IMG/VR virus record: IMGVR_UViG_3300025141_000016
Span: 124,001-188,000 of that record
Strand: one strand, 5' to 3'
Length of the DNA stretch: 64,000 bases
Shown here: positions 48,854 to 56,762 of the stretch, in pieces
Layout: every line of letters begins with the position of its first letter
How positions within the stretch are numbered: the first letter of the stretch is position 1
The notes under the pieces: generated by a model
Databases searched by the model: none
What the model was told of the DNA's origin: nothing
The model's input: the letters and a program-made list of their open reading frames with translations, nothing else
Translations under genes and position numbers: made by a program

Positions 48854-49714
48854 TTACTCGGTCACCAGTGAGGTGAGCACCGTCCTTCGGGATTGGCTGC
48901 CTTTGGGGAGAGCAGAAGCCAGTCGAATGAGGGCTTGGCGGGCTTGGCGGGAAGCGCGACGATGCTTGGCGGCTTCTCTTTCAGGCATATCGACCACGCC
49001 CTGCGCCCACACCTCTCCGACCTTTCCGGTGGGTGTGAGATAGACGCGCTTGGCGCTCTCCACAGGGATGTTCCAGTCCCCGGTTTCGGGATCCTGGCGC
49101 ATGAACCAAGTCATCCCTTCATGGGGGTTGTACCGAAGTTGAGTGTCGGTCTTACGACCCCCGCCCATACCGCCGTACTTCCCAATGATTCCCGCGTGAA
49201 CGGTCTTGTTCCCATCGTCCTCTGCCATCTTTTGACCTCCGGCTCGGACGATGAAGGTCGCATCACTGATGACGGTGGAAGGGACGTGGGCAACGGTGCG
49301 GCCCGAGAGGTTGGGGTTCTCTTTGACGGAAAAGGATTTGAGGTTGTAGTGCTTCTTCTTGTAGCCGAGGTTGAGATGGACAGCGACTCGGGAACCGCGC
49401 TTGGCAACATCGAAGTAGTAAGGGCTCGTGAGGAGAGCCTTGCGTTCTGCCTCGGACACATCTCCTTTGAGGGCTCGCTTGATGAGATCAGCATCCTTCG
49501 ATGCGTCCCACCTACGGTTGGCGGAATCTTCGATCTCCTGGCGTTGCTGTTCGGTGAGCCCATCGACGTTGAACCCTTCAGCGAGGGCATCACTGTGGAG
49601 GTCGGGGTGGCGCAAGGTGGCGAGAATGACCCGGCGCTCGGCATCACCGGGCGGGAGGGCAAGAGCCACCCGCACGAGAGTCTTTCGGGTAGATGCTGTG
49701 AGAGAGCGTGGCAT
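48854..49714 (-). CDS. Phage protein with duplicated N- and C-terminal ~25-aa helical motif
   Basis: RKTLVRVALALPPGDAERRVILATL vs RQALIRLASALPKGSQSRRTVLTSL; core HLNL..SFSVK..KTVHAGIIG..YNPH resembles a known phage family of unknown function. Confidence 0.75.
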   Translation of the reverse strand: MPRSLTASTRKTLVRVALALPPGDAERRVILATLRHPDLHSDALAEGFNVDGLTEQQRQEIEDSANRRWDASKDADLIKRALKGDVSEAERKALLTSPYYFDVAKRGSRVAVHLNLGYKKKHYNLKSFSVKENPNLSGRTVAHVPSTVISDATFIVRAGGQKMAEDDGNKTVHAGIIGKYGGMGGGRKTDTQLRYNPHEGMTWFMRQDPETGDWNIPVESAKRVYLTPTGKVGEVWAQGVVDMPEREAAKHRRASRQARQALIRLASALPKGSQSRRTVLTSLVTE

Positions 49715-49743
49715 AGAGGGAACTCCTGTTGATCTACCTCACC

Positions 49744-49758
49744 GATAGGGAGGATACC
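49744..49758 (-). promoter_or_regulatory. Putative late-promoter motif GGTA-N6-CTATC
   Basis: Spacing match 29 nt upstream of the minus-strand ATG 49714. Confidence 0.5.
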
Positions 49759-49812
49759 GCTTTACCGAGTCGTCTCACGGGTAGAGTAGAGGCCCACCCA
49801 GGAGGAAGCCCA

Positions 49813-50070
49813 GTGTATGAGAGTCGGGATCAACGAGCGCAAGTAGAAGCGTGGATCAACGCACAACCTACCTGCCCCACACGGAAGCAAACCCAACGGC
49901 AGTTCCCCGACGTGCTCCAAAAGCACGTTAGGGCAGCCCTCCAGTCCCGAAAAGATCGGGACAAGAAAGCTGCCCAAGGTGTGTGTACGCGATGTGGGGG
50001 TGAGGTGCCTGCGGGTAACGACTACGCCGTGTGCCCTGCGTCGAACTTCACCCTCCCGTGTGTGGCATGA
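49813..50070 (+). CDS. Small protein with C-terminal CxxC..C..C zinc ribbon
   Basis: GTG behind AGGAGG; CTRC..CPASNFTLPC. Confidence 0.65.
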   Translation: MYESRDQRAQVEAWINAQPTCPTRKQTQRQFPDVLQKHVRAALQSRKDRDKKAAQGVCTRCGGEVPAGNDYAVCPASNFTLPCVA

Positions 50071-50183
50071 AGTTCTACGGCCCGCGTGGAGAAGGGGTCA
50101 TCCGACCCGACTGGAAGGTCATCCTCCCCACCATCATCATCCTCTTGCTGTTTACTGGTGCCCTCACCTACTGGTTTCAATAG
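50067..50183 (+). CDS. 38-aa membrane peptide (not in ORF track)
   Basis: ATGA overlap; MKFYGPRGEGVIRPDWKVILPTIIILLLFTGALTYWFQ. Confidence 0.55.
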   Translation: MKFYGPRGEGVIRPDWKVILPTIIILLLFTGALTYWFQ

Positions 50184-50244
50184 AAAGTGTATGTCTGCAA
50201 GGAAGTGTCGCGAGGATACGCGGCTGTCCTGAAGAGAGTTCCCG

Positions 50245-50436
50245 ATGCCCCTGTTTGAATACCGTTGCGAGAACAAGGCTTGCGACCACAGATTTGAGCG
50301 CCTTGTTGGCCACACCGAGCGTGACAAGCCCCAAGAGTGCCCCAAGTGCAAGGCAAAGCACACCCAGAAACTCATCTCGCAGACCTCGTTCGCTCTCAAA
50401 GGAGGGGGTTGGGCAGCGGATGGATATGCCAGTTGA
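50245..50436 (+). CDS. FmdB-family zinc-ribbon protein
   Basis: MPLFEYRCENKACDHRFE..CPKC..KLISQTSFALKGGGWAADGY signature. Confidence 0.85.
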   Translation: MPLFEYRCENKACDHRFERLVGHTERDKPQECPKCKAKHTQKLISQTSFALKGGGWAADGYAS

Positions 50437-50538
50437 CCTGTGCGTAGAGGTGGAGGCAGCCCTATTCGCCTTGTGTGGGTGTGTTTCATCCTTGGGGGAG
50501 ATAGCCAAGGGTAGTGTGCCTGGGGCACAGGAGGTTCA

Positions 50539-51615
50539 ATGACTGTTTACGCCGAGTACATCTGGATCGATGGGGTCCAGCCCACACAAACGGTACGGTC
50601 GAAAACCAAGGTGCTCTGGGGGCACAACGACGGGGAAGTCTTTTGCGACAACCCCCTCGATCCTGACTGCTACCCCCATTGGGGGCATGACGGCTCCAGT
50701 ACCGGACAGGCCGAGGGCGGTGACTCCGATTGCGGGTTGGTCCCCGTCCGGGTCTTCAAGGATCCCATCCGAGGGGGCAACCATGTCCTCATCATGTGCG
50801 AGGTCACTGATGCAGACGGCACCCCTCACGAGTCCAACTCCCGAGCCCTGCTGCGTGAGGTCATTGACTGCGTTGGGGTGGAAGCCCAAAAGTGCTGGTT
50901 CGGCATGGAGCAGGAGCACACCCTGTTCCGAGGTTCACGCCCTCTGGGTTTCGGGGATGACCGCCGTTTCCCCCCATCGCAAGGCCCCTACTACTGTGGG
51001 GTCGGAGCCGATGAGGTCTATGGGCGCGATCTCATTGAGGAACACATGCGGGCATGTGTCGAGGCGGGCATCAGAATCAGTGGCATAAACGCCGAGGTGA
51101 TGCCCGGACAGTGGGAGTTCCAAGTGGGGCCGTTGCCCCCGCTGGAGGCAGGGGATCATCTCTGGGTGGCCCGCTGGCTCCTCTACCGACTCGGTGAGAA
51201 GCACGGAATCCACGCCACACTTGACCCCAAGCCTGTAGCTGGAGACTGGAACGGTGCCGGGATGCACACCAACTTTTCTACGGCGGCGATGCGAGAGGCA
51301 GGCGGCATCCAACACATCGAAGATTGGTGCCTCCGGGCGCGGGATCACGTCGAGGGACACCTCGCGGCCTACGGAGACGGCATCGAAGCCCGTCTCACCG
51401 GGAAGCACGAAACGTGTTCCTACCACCAGTTCAAGTGGGGGGTGAGTGACCGCACCGCCAGCATCCGAATCCCGATGGGAACAGCCAAGGATGGTTACGG
51501 GTACTTGGAAGACCGTAGGCCCAACGCAAACGCTTGCCCCTACGAAGTGGCATCCGTCATGCTCCGCACAGCCTTCAGTCAATGGCCCCAGAACGTAGTC
51601 CGACCTGCGTGTTGA
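50539..51615 (+). CDS. glnII: Glutamine synthetase, type II (GlnII/eukaryote-like)
   Basis: AEYIWIDG, DGSSTGQA, GPYYCGVG, NAEVMPGQWEFQVGP, DWNGAGMHTNFST, RLTGKHET, RTASIRIP, YLEDRRP; RBS AGGAGG. Confidence 0.95.
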   Translation: MTVYAEYIWIDGVQPTQTVRSKTKVLWGHNDGEVFCDNPLDPDCYPHWGHDGSSTGQAEGGDSDCGLVPVRVFKDPIRGGNHVLIMCEVTDADGTPHESNSRALLREVIDCVGVEAQKCWFGMEQEHTLFRGSRPLGFGDDRRFPPSQGPYYCGVGADEVYGRDLIEEHMRACVEAGIRISGINAEVMPGQWEFQVGPLPPLEAGDHLWVARWLLYRLGEKHGIHATLDPKPVAGDWNGAGMHTNFSTAAMREAGGIQHIEDWCLRARDHVEGHLAAYGDGIEARLTGKHETCSYHQFKWGVSDRTASIRIPMGTAKDGYGYLEDRRPNANACPYEVASVMLRTAFSQWPQNVVRPAC

Positions 51616-51624
51616 GGGGGGTGC

Positions 51625-51825
51625 ATGACCAAGAGCCAGATGTGGGCACCATCCGTAGGGAACCCTCTCTTTGCACGGCTCCCAAAGAGGTTTCAGTGGG
51701 CTTTCCACAACCTCATCGCTCATCCCTTGTCCGAGATCCTGTTCCAGTTCGGGTGTGAGGAAGCGGGCAACCGGCTCCACGACTGGTCGGTCCCTCTCCA
51801 TGAGAGAGGGACAGGCAGGGGGTGA
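51625..51825 (+). CDS. Small conserved hypothetical protein
   Basis: HNLIAHPLSEIL..LHDWSVP pattern; RBS GAGGGGG. Confidence 0.7.
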   Translation: MTKSQMWAPSVGNPLFARLPKRFQWAFHNLIAHPLSEILFQFGCEEAGNRLHDWSVPLHERGTGRG

Positions 51826-51908
51826 GAAAAGATCCAGTCCCTCTCCCGCTTCCCGTTTGTTCCGAACGCCTGGGGTGTCAGGAAGTGGTGAGGGGGGCTC
51901 TGCTCCCG

Positions 51909-52202
51909 TCAGATGAACAGGGGAGGTTGGTCGTCCAGGGGCCTCACCACAGCCTGGGCGTATTCAGCAGGTGACAGTTCGACCTCGTTGCCATTAGGGT
52001 CTGTCGCTGCCATGACCCAATAGGGGGCCGTCTTCCACTCCAGGGAGTCCAGAGGCACCCCATCAGAGGTGTGGGTGCCATCGGGGGGTCCAAGGACCAC
52101 ACGCCCGTTGCAGACGGCCCAGGGGAACTGGTCACCGACGGCAAGGTGAACGGTCAGACGTTGGTCCCCCCGTCGGAGGGTGATGGTCTTATCCGGCATC
52201 AT
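51909..52202 (-). CDS. Hypothetical protein
   Basis: Its start overlaps the end of the 52189-53610 gene. Confidence 0.6.
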   Translation of the reverse strand: MMPDKTITLRRGDQRLTVHLAVGDQFPWAVCNGRVVLGPPDGTHTSDGVPLDSLEWKTAPYWVMAATDPNGNEVELSPAEYAQAVVRPLDDQPPLFI

Positions 52203-53610
52203 TCGCTGTCTCCTCGCCCAACATGTAGGTGTGGGACTCAACGGCTCCGGCTTCTGTGCGGGAACCTTTCTGATAAGGCATTACCCACCGACGCTTGGCT
52301 GCGAGTTTTTCCCGCTGCTCATTGGCGCTCTTTTGGGCCTGTTCATGGGCCTTCCGCAACGCCGTCAGGTGAGGGAGATGGACCGCAAGGTCTTCGGGCT
52401 CTGACAGCCCCTCGGTACTCTGCACCATCTCGTCGTATGCTTCGGAAGCTGCCTGGACCTGGGCTTCTGCTGCCGCGATGCGACGGCGGATGGTATCCCG
52501 ACGAGGCCACCAGTGACCACGGACCCAATGCCTACGCTGGGGTGACCCAGAGGCGTTCTTGGAGCCTGTCGTCCCCCCAAAGGCCACAGAGCGACCTATC
52601 CAGACCACGTTGTCCACGGGCAGGGCAGCGAGACGCTTACGGAGATGCCGTCCCTTACGCTTCCGCTGATTCTTCATGCGGTCCAGGGCGGCTTGAATCT
52701 TTGAGCGTTCCTGGGTTGCTTCGACACATTCCGGGTCCACCTGTTGATCGGCACCCTCGGAGTCGAGGTAGAGCAGCGCGTTGAGGATGATACGGACCAC
52801 CGTGAACACACTGTCCGCGATCTTCTGGTCGTGGTCAGTTCCGCGACCCCAGGTAGCCGCGAGTCCCGGTGCATCCACAGGGCCGAGAGCCATGGGGTCG
52901 AGAGTCATAGGGGCAGTTCCCCCCAAGGCGACCGTGGGCTCACCCTGTTCGTTGCGGTACAGCCCCCGGAGCGCATCAGTCTGGTCCCTGCCGCCCTTCG
53001 CCAAGACGGAGAGGAGATAGGTTTCCACGTCCATCTTTCCCATCTCGTTGAGGTCCAGGGCCAACCAGATCGACGCATCATCCCCTGGCATCATGGATGC
53101 GTCATTTTCCATGCCCCAAAGGTAGAAGTGAATCACTCCCTTGTCTTGGTCGGGGGAGGGGGGAATCACGAGTGCAGACTTCCCGTCTGCACCCATCTTG
53201 TACCCTTCCTCGCCATGGCTGTGGCGAAGGAAGACTCCCCCCACCTTATGCCAACGGGTGTCTTCGCCGCCCCATATCTCGTGCTCACATCCCGGCAGCG
53301 CGATGTACTGGCTCGTGTAGGGGATCCGAATGTCCTCCACCCCCACCTCTTCCAGTGAGGTACGCGCCAGTGCTTCCTGCATAGGGGCCGGGATCACGAA
53401 CGACTGATTCCCTGACAGCCGGTAGTGGGCGAGGTGCAGCGTCAGGCAGTAGAGGGATCGGTGAAAGCCCACTCCTGGCACGTTGAAAAGGGCCTGGAGA
53501 GAACGAGGGTCAACCTCCCCTCTGACCAAACCGTCGATGATCCGCTCGTGAAACTCATCCCGAGGTACTTCGCGGGGCATCATTCGGATTTCGTTGAGTG
53601 CAGTGCTCAT
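52189..53610 (-). CDS. Conserved phage protein with RRHWVRGHW..RWVMP motif
   Basis: ATG behind AAGGA, downstream of a repeated promoter; motif resembles a widespread phage family of unknown function. Confidence 0.8.
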   Translation of the reverse strand: MSTALNEIRMMPREVPRDEFHERIIDGLVRGEVDPRSLQALFNVPGVGFHRSLYCLTLHLAHYRLSGNQSFVIPAPMQEALARTSLEEVGVEDIRIPYTSQYIALPGCEHEIWGGEDTRWHKVGGVFLRHSHGEEGYKMGADGKSALVIPPSPDQDKGVIHFYLWGMENDASMMPGDDASIWLALDLNEMGKMDVETYLLSVLAKGGRDQTDALRGLYRNEQGEPTVALGGTAPMTLDPMALGPVDAPGLAATWGRGTDHDQKIADSVFTVVRIILNALLYLDSEGADQQVDPECVEATQERSKIQAALDRMKNQRKRKGRHLRKRLAALPVDNVVWIGRSVAFGGTTGSKNASGSPQRRHWVRGHWWPRRDTIRRRIAAAEAQVQAASEAYDEMVQSTEGLSEPEDLAVHLPHLTALRKAHEQAQKSANEQREKLAAKRRWVMPYQKGSRTEAGAVESHTYMLGEETANDAG

Positions 53611-53653
53611 AGTGTTCCTTGACCGCTCAATGCGGAACTGGATGGGGGTTTCT

Positions 53654-53688
53654 CCTATACGGAGAAGCACGGGGGAGTTGAACCCCCC
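53654..53688 (-). promoter_or_regulatory. Repeated promoter TTCAAC-N17-TATAGG
   Basis: Reverse complement reads GGGGGG TTCAAC TCCCCCGTGCTTCTCCG TATAGG. Confidence 0.75.
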
Positions 53689-53690
53689 CA

Positions 53691-53734
53691 AACGAAGAAA
53701 ACCCACCCCTCCCCAAAATGGGGGTGGGGTGGGT
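53691..53734 (-). terminator. Rho-independent terminator directly upstream of the promoter
   Basis: 13-bp GC stem with one mismatch (53701-53734) followed on the minus strand by TTTTCTTCG. Confidence 0.7.
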
Positions 53735-53883
53735 TCCCTCGCGAGGTGGTCTACTGGTCACTGGGACGGAGGACAGTCCCCTCCCAGATCGTGGACCCGC
53801 AAGCGCGGGAGATAACAGGCGAAGGGGGCTGGGCTTACACGGCTCAACTACCGAGGCTCAACGGCCCCCTTCGCGATAAGGGT

Positions 53884-54252
53884 TCAGATGGTACAGGCTT
53901 CGGCCAGTGCGACCATCTCGGCTCGGGCGGCTCGCCAGTTACGGCCAGCCACTCGTCCCTCCCAAGACCGGCCCTCGCTGCCGAGGCCGAGGCCGACGAA
54001 CACGTCAGGGTAGGAGTCGTAGTGCGCGGAGTTGCACAGGGTCGTGAGCCGACCCTCGACGGCTTCGTCTCCGGTCAAGAGACGGGCCAGTTCGTAGCGC
54101 ACCGGGAAGTCCGGTCGGCCCTTGTCGTAGTGCTTACGACGCGGCCAGGACACCACGAGCACACCGTTGGCGGCTTCGTGGAGGATAGTGAGGTCACCAC
54201 CAACGCAGTTGACGGTGAGCCGGTCGCCTTCACGGCGGGCGATGATTCCCAT
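53884..54252 (-). CDS. Hypothetical protein
   Basis: ATG behind GGAG; protein-like composition. Confidence 0.65.
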   Translation of the reverse strand: MGIIARREGDRLTVNCVGGDLTILHEAANGVLVVSWPRRKHYDKGRPDFPVRYELARLLTGDEAVEGRLTTLCNSAHYDSYPDVFVGLGLGSEGRSWEGRVAGRNWRAARAEMVALAEACTI

Positions 54253-54464
54253 GTCAGTCTCCAAAGCAGGGGGTCAAAGAAAGCGCAGATGCCGCCACCC
54301 AGCCCGATGCCTCGGGCATCTTGGGTGTCGTCGTGTGCATCCCGCATAAATGTCGCTTCAAGGTATCAACCCGCTTGAGGCACCGGGCGTTGCTCTACCG
54401 TCATCCCTGCTCTGGCAACCGTCAAGCAGGGGGCTTTGGCTGGTCGTTGAATCCCCCGTCCACT

Positions 54465-54500
54465 CTTATAGGGAGATAGGGGGGGTGAGTTGAACCCCCC
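54465..54500 (-). promoter_or_regulatory. Repeated promoter TTCAAC-N18-TATAAG
   Basis: Reverse complement GGGGGG TTCAAC TCACCCCCCCTATCTCCC TATAAG; upstream A7 tract. Confidence 0.75.
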
Positions 54501-54522
54501 TACAGCGTTTTTTTCGCGAAAA

Positions 54523-54903
54523 TCAGAGGGTCATCATCATTTCGCTGTTTCGCCGTGCCGTATCCTCGGCATCAAAGTTCCAGTTTCTCCAGTTGAAGGT
54601 GTGGAATGTGAGCCGTCTCGTCCGACCACCCCGTCCAGGGTCAACAGTGACAGTCTTCTTGCCGACGCTCACGATGGTTCCCGTGTACGACAGGTTGTAG
54701 CTGTCGTACTCGACCGTATCCCCGACCCGGAACGTGCGCGTGTAGGGGTGGGTCACCATCTCACCGATTTCGGCCATCCATCGGGGCTTGGTACCGTGGA
54801 GAGTGATTTCGGCTCCGGTCCCTCGACCGGGGGTGACAGTCGCATATCCGGTGGCTTCGTCGCCCCGGTATTCGACCGCAACCGTTAGGGTTTTGGTCGT
54901 CAT
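54523..54903 (-). CDS. Conserved phage protein (YDSYNLSYTG motif, SH3-like beta barrel?)
   Basis: FRVGDTVEYDSYNLSYTGTIVSVGKKTV..FNWRN; ATG behind GGAGG. Confidence 0.75.
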   Translation of the reverse strand: MTTKTLTVAVEYRGDEATGYATVTPGRGTGAEITLHGTKPRWMAEIGEMVTHPYTRTFRVGDTVEYDSYNLSYTGTIVSVGKKTVTVDPGRGGRTRRLTFHTFNWRNWNFDAEDTARRNSEMMMTL

Positions 54904-54945
54904 TGGTAACCTCCAGTGGGCAGAAAGAGTAGAGGGGAAGGGAGC

Positions 54946-54989
54946 CCCCTCCACTTATATACGGAGATAGGGGGGCGAGTTGAACCCCC
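54946..54989 (-). repeat. 44-bp promoter repeat, copy A (TTCAAC-N17-TATATA)
   Basis: Identical to 55568-55611. Confidence 0.9.
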
Positions 54990-55004
54990 TTCGGGGAAGA
55001 AATG

Positions 55005-55538
55005 TCAGACAGGGCAGGTCGTGTCGGCAGGGGCATAGGTGAGCCAGATCGCACGGGCATCGCGGGGGGACAGTTCATCCAGCGCAGCCCGGAGTTCGCG
55101 CATCTCACGCTCGCCCGCTGCCCAACACCTATGGTCATCAGACATGTGCGAGTACCAGTCCATGCCTTCCAGCAACCGTCGGGCACGGTAGGCCGGTTCA
55201 GCGGCTCGCCGCGCCGACTCGGCATCAGCATCGGCCAGGAGTGAGAGAACCGCAGCGGCAGCGTCGGCAGCAGTCGCTCCCGTCGAGTAAACGAGGTGAC
55301 GGGTGACGGGGTTCATTGCCGTCCCTCCCCATTCACCCGTAGCCGGAGCGAGGGTGACATGGGCGATAGCCCCATGGTCAGTGGCGAGCAGCCGCAGGAT
55401 GCCAGTCACATCAGAGTAGTCCATCGGGATCAAGGTGCCATCGGCCAGGACCAACGCCCCCCGTGTGGGACCACAGTAGGGTCGCGAGGAGAGGGAGCCG
55501 GAGCGGAGCCAGCATCGAATGTTGCGTGCGTAGAGCAT
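55005..55538 (-). CDS. Ala-rich hypothetical protein flanked by the 44-bp repeats
   Basis: ATG behind GGAG; lies between two identical promoter repeats. Confidence 0.7.
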   Translation of the reverse strand: MLYARNIRCWLRSGSLSSRPYCGPTRGALVLADGTLIPMDYSDVTGILRLLATDHGAIAHVTLAPATGEWGGTAMNPVTRHLVYSTGATAADAAAAVLSLLADADAESARRAAEPAYRARRLLEGMDWYSHMSDDHRCWAAGEREMRELRAALDELSPRDARAIWLTYAPADTTCPV

Positions 55539-55567
55539 GGGGAATCTCCAAAAAGGCGAAGGGAGAA

Positions 55568-55611
55568 CCCCTCCACTTATATACGGAGATAGGGGGGCGA
55601 GTTGAACCCCC
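55568..55611 (-). repeat. 44-bp promoter repeat, copy B (TTCAAC-N17-TATATA)
   Basis: Identical to 54946-54989. Confidence 0.9.
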
Positions 55612-55667
55612 CGCAGCGAGAAATCTTGAAAGAAATCATGGTCTTATGGCTCGGTCAACCGCAGCCA

Positions 55668-56021
55668 CTAACCCCCAGACGAGGGGGACTGAATCTGACG
55701 GACAAACCACCGTAGGTTCTGGACCAGACCCTCAAAACTCCCGTCCTCTTTCGTGCCCTCATCGTCGTGTTCCCCATCCCATGTCTCATCGTCGTATTCC
55801 TCATCCTCCTCGGCCTCCTCAACAGGGGGAGGGATGATGGTTTCATCCCTGCGGAGGTCTTGGGCCTGCCTCATCAAGAGCAACGAGGCTGAACCCCCCT
55901 CGGGCCTTTCCTCCTCCACCACATAGGAGAGGGCTTCCAACACCGAGGCAATACGGTCAGGGTTGTTGGGGTAAAATCGGAGGTCTGAACACGCATCCAA
56001 GAGGTACTTCCAGTGGTCCAT
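55668..56021 (-). CDS. Hypothetical protein with acidic tail
   Basis: TGATG overlap; EEAEEDEEYDDE tract. Confidence 0.65.
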   Translation of the reverse strand: MDHWKYLLDACSDLRFYPNNPDRIASVLEALSYVVEEERPEGGSASLLLMRQAQDLRRDETIIPPPVEEAEEDEEYDDETWDGEHDDEGTKEDGSFEGLVQNLRWFVRQIQSPSSGG

Positions 56022-56467
56022 CACGCAGTCCATAGGTGGGGGACAGGACACGCCTCCGCGTCCTGTCGGGGTTTGGGTGTCTCCAGTAGGACAGTGATGG
56101 CTTCGGGGATCCAACCAACACGTCCACATGGCGTACCGGCCAATAGGGGATCAAACCACGCACATTCAGGACACGCGGTACTGGGCCACACAACGTCTTC
56201 CCTGCCGACCCCGAGAAGTGCCAGTCGTTCGGCCTCTTGCTCCGGGGTCTGCCTCTCCGCAGGGATGAGGTCTACCTCACACCCAAAGGATCGGATGGTG
56301 TCGAGGAGCCGAGAAACGTGGGCGGTCCCCAAGACTAAAGGAACTACCGTACTCCCCCCGCCATGTTCGATGGGAGGGTTATACGGGACTTGGATTTGGA
56401 AAGGGCTGCCCTTTCGGACCCACAAACGAAAGAGGTTGGGTGGCGGCTTTTCTCCATCGTTTGACAT
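56021..56467 (-). CDS. Hypothetical protein with C-terminal Cys cluster
   Basis: CPEC..C..CP; RBS AGGAG. Confidence 0.65.
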   Translation of the reverse strand: MSNDGEKPPPNLFRLWVRKGSPFQIQVPYNPPIEHGGGSTVVPLVLGTAHVSRLLDTIRSFGCEVDLIPAERQTPEQEAERLALLGVGREDVVWPSTACPECAWFDPLLAGTPCGRVGWIPEAITVLLETPKPRQDAEACPVPHLWTA

Positions 56468-56762
56468 GATCCGTCTCCTCTGTCGTCAGTACCCTACCCC
56501 CGTTGCACACCACCACACCCACGGAACCCCGATACGCGGGCACCGGGTCTTCGTACCGCTTGACGGAAAAGGTGCGGCCATCAGGTGTGCGCCACACAGA
56601 ACCCGTACAGGAAGACCCGTCAGGGAGCACCGAGCCCAGAACCTTACGGACCTCCGTCACGTCTTCCGAGGACGTAAGGAGAACGAGTTGACGGACGCTC
56701 TTACGGAGCGCGTTCCGAGCAATACGGCACGCGCAACTGGTCGCATGGTGATGGTCATTCAT
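56379..56762 (-). CDS. Hypothetical protein
   Basis: ATGA overlap; 3' end overlaps the next gene by ~90 nt. Confidence 0.55.
   Translation of the reverse strand: MNDHHHATSCACRIARNALRKSVRQLVLLTSSEDVTEVRKVLGSVLPDGSSCTGSVWRTPDGRTFSVKRYEDPVPAYRGSVGVVVCNGGRVLTTEETDHVKRWRKAATQPLSFVGPKGQPFPNPSPV

Noticed and set aside
53746-54378. Plus-strand 210-aa ORF
   Set aside because: Antisense to gene 53884-54252, which fits the orientation of the local promoter and terminator
53654-55611. CRISPR-like array of repeats
   Set aside because: Repeats are separated by 0.5-0.8 kb containing whole genes, not 30-40-nt spacers; no cas genes
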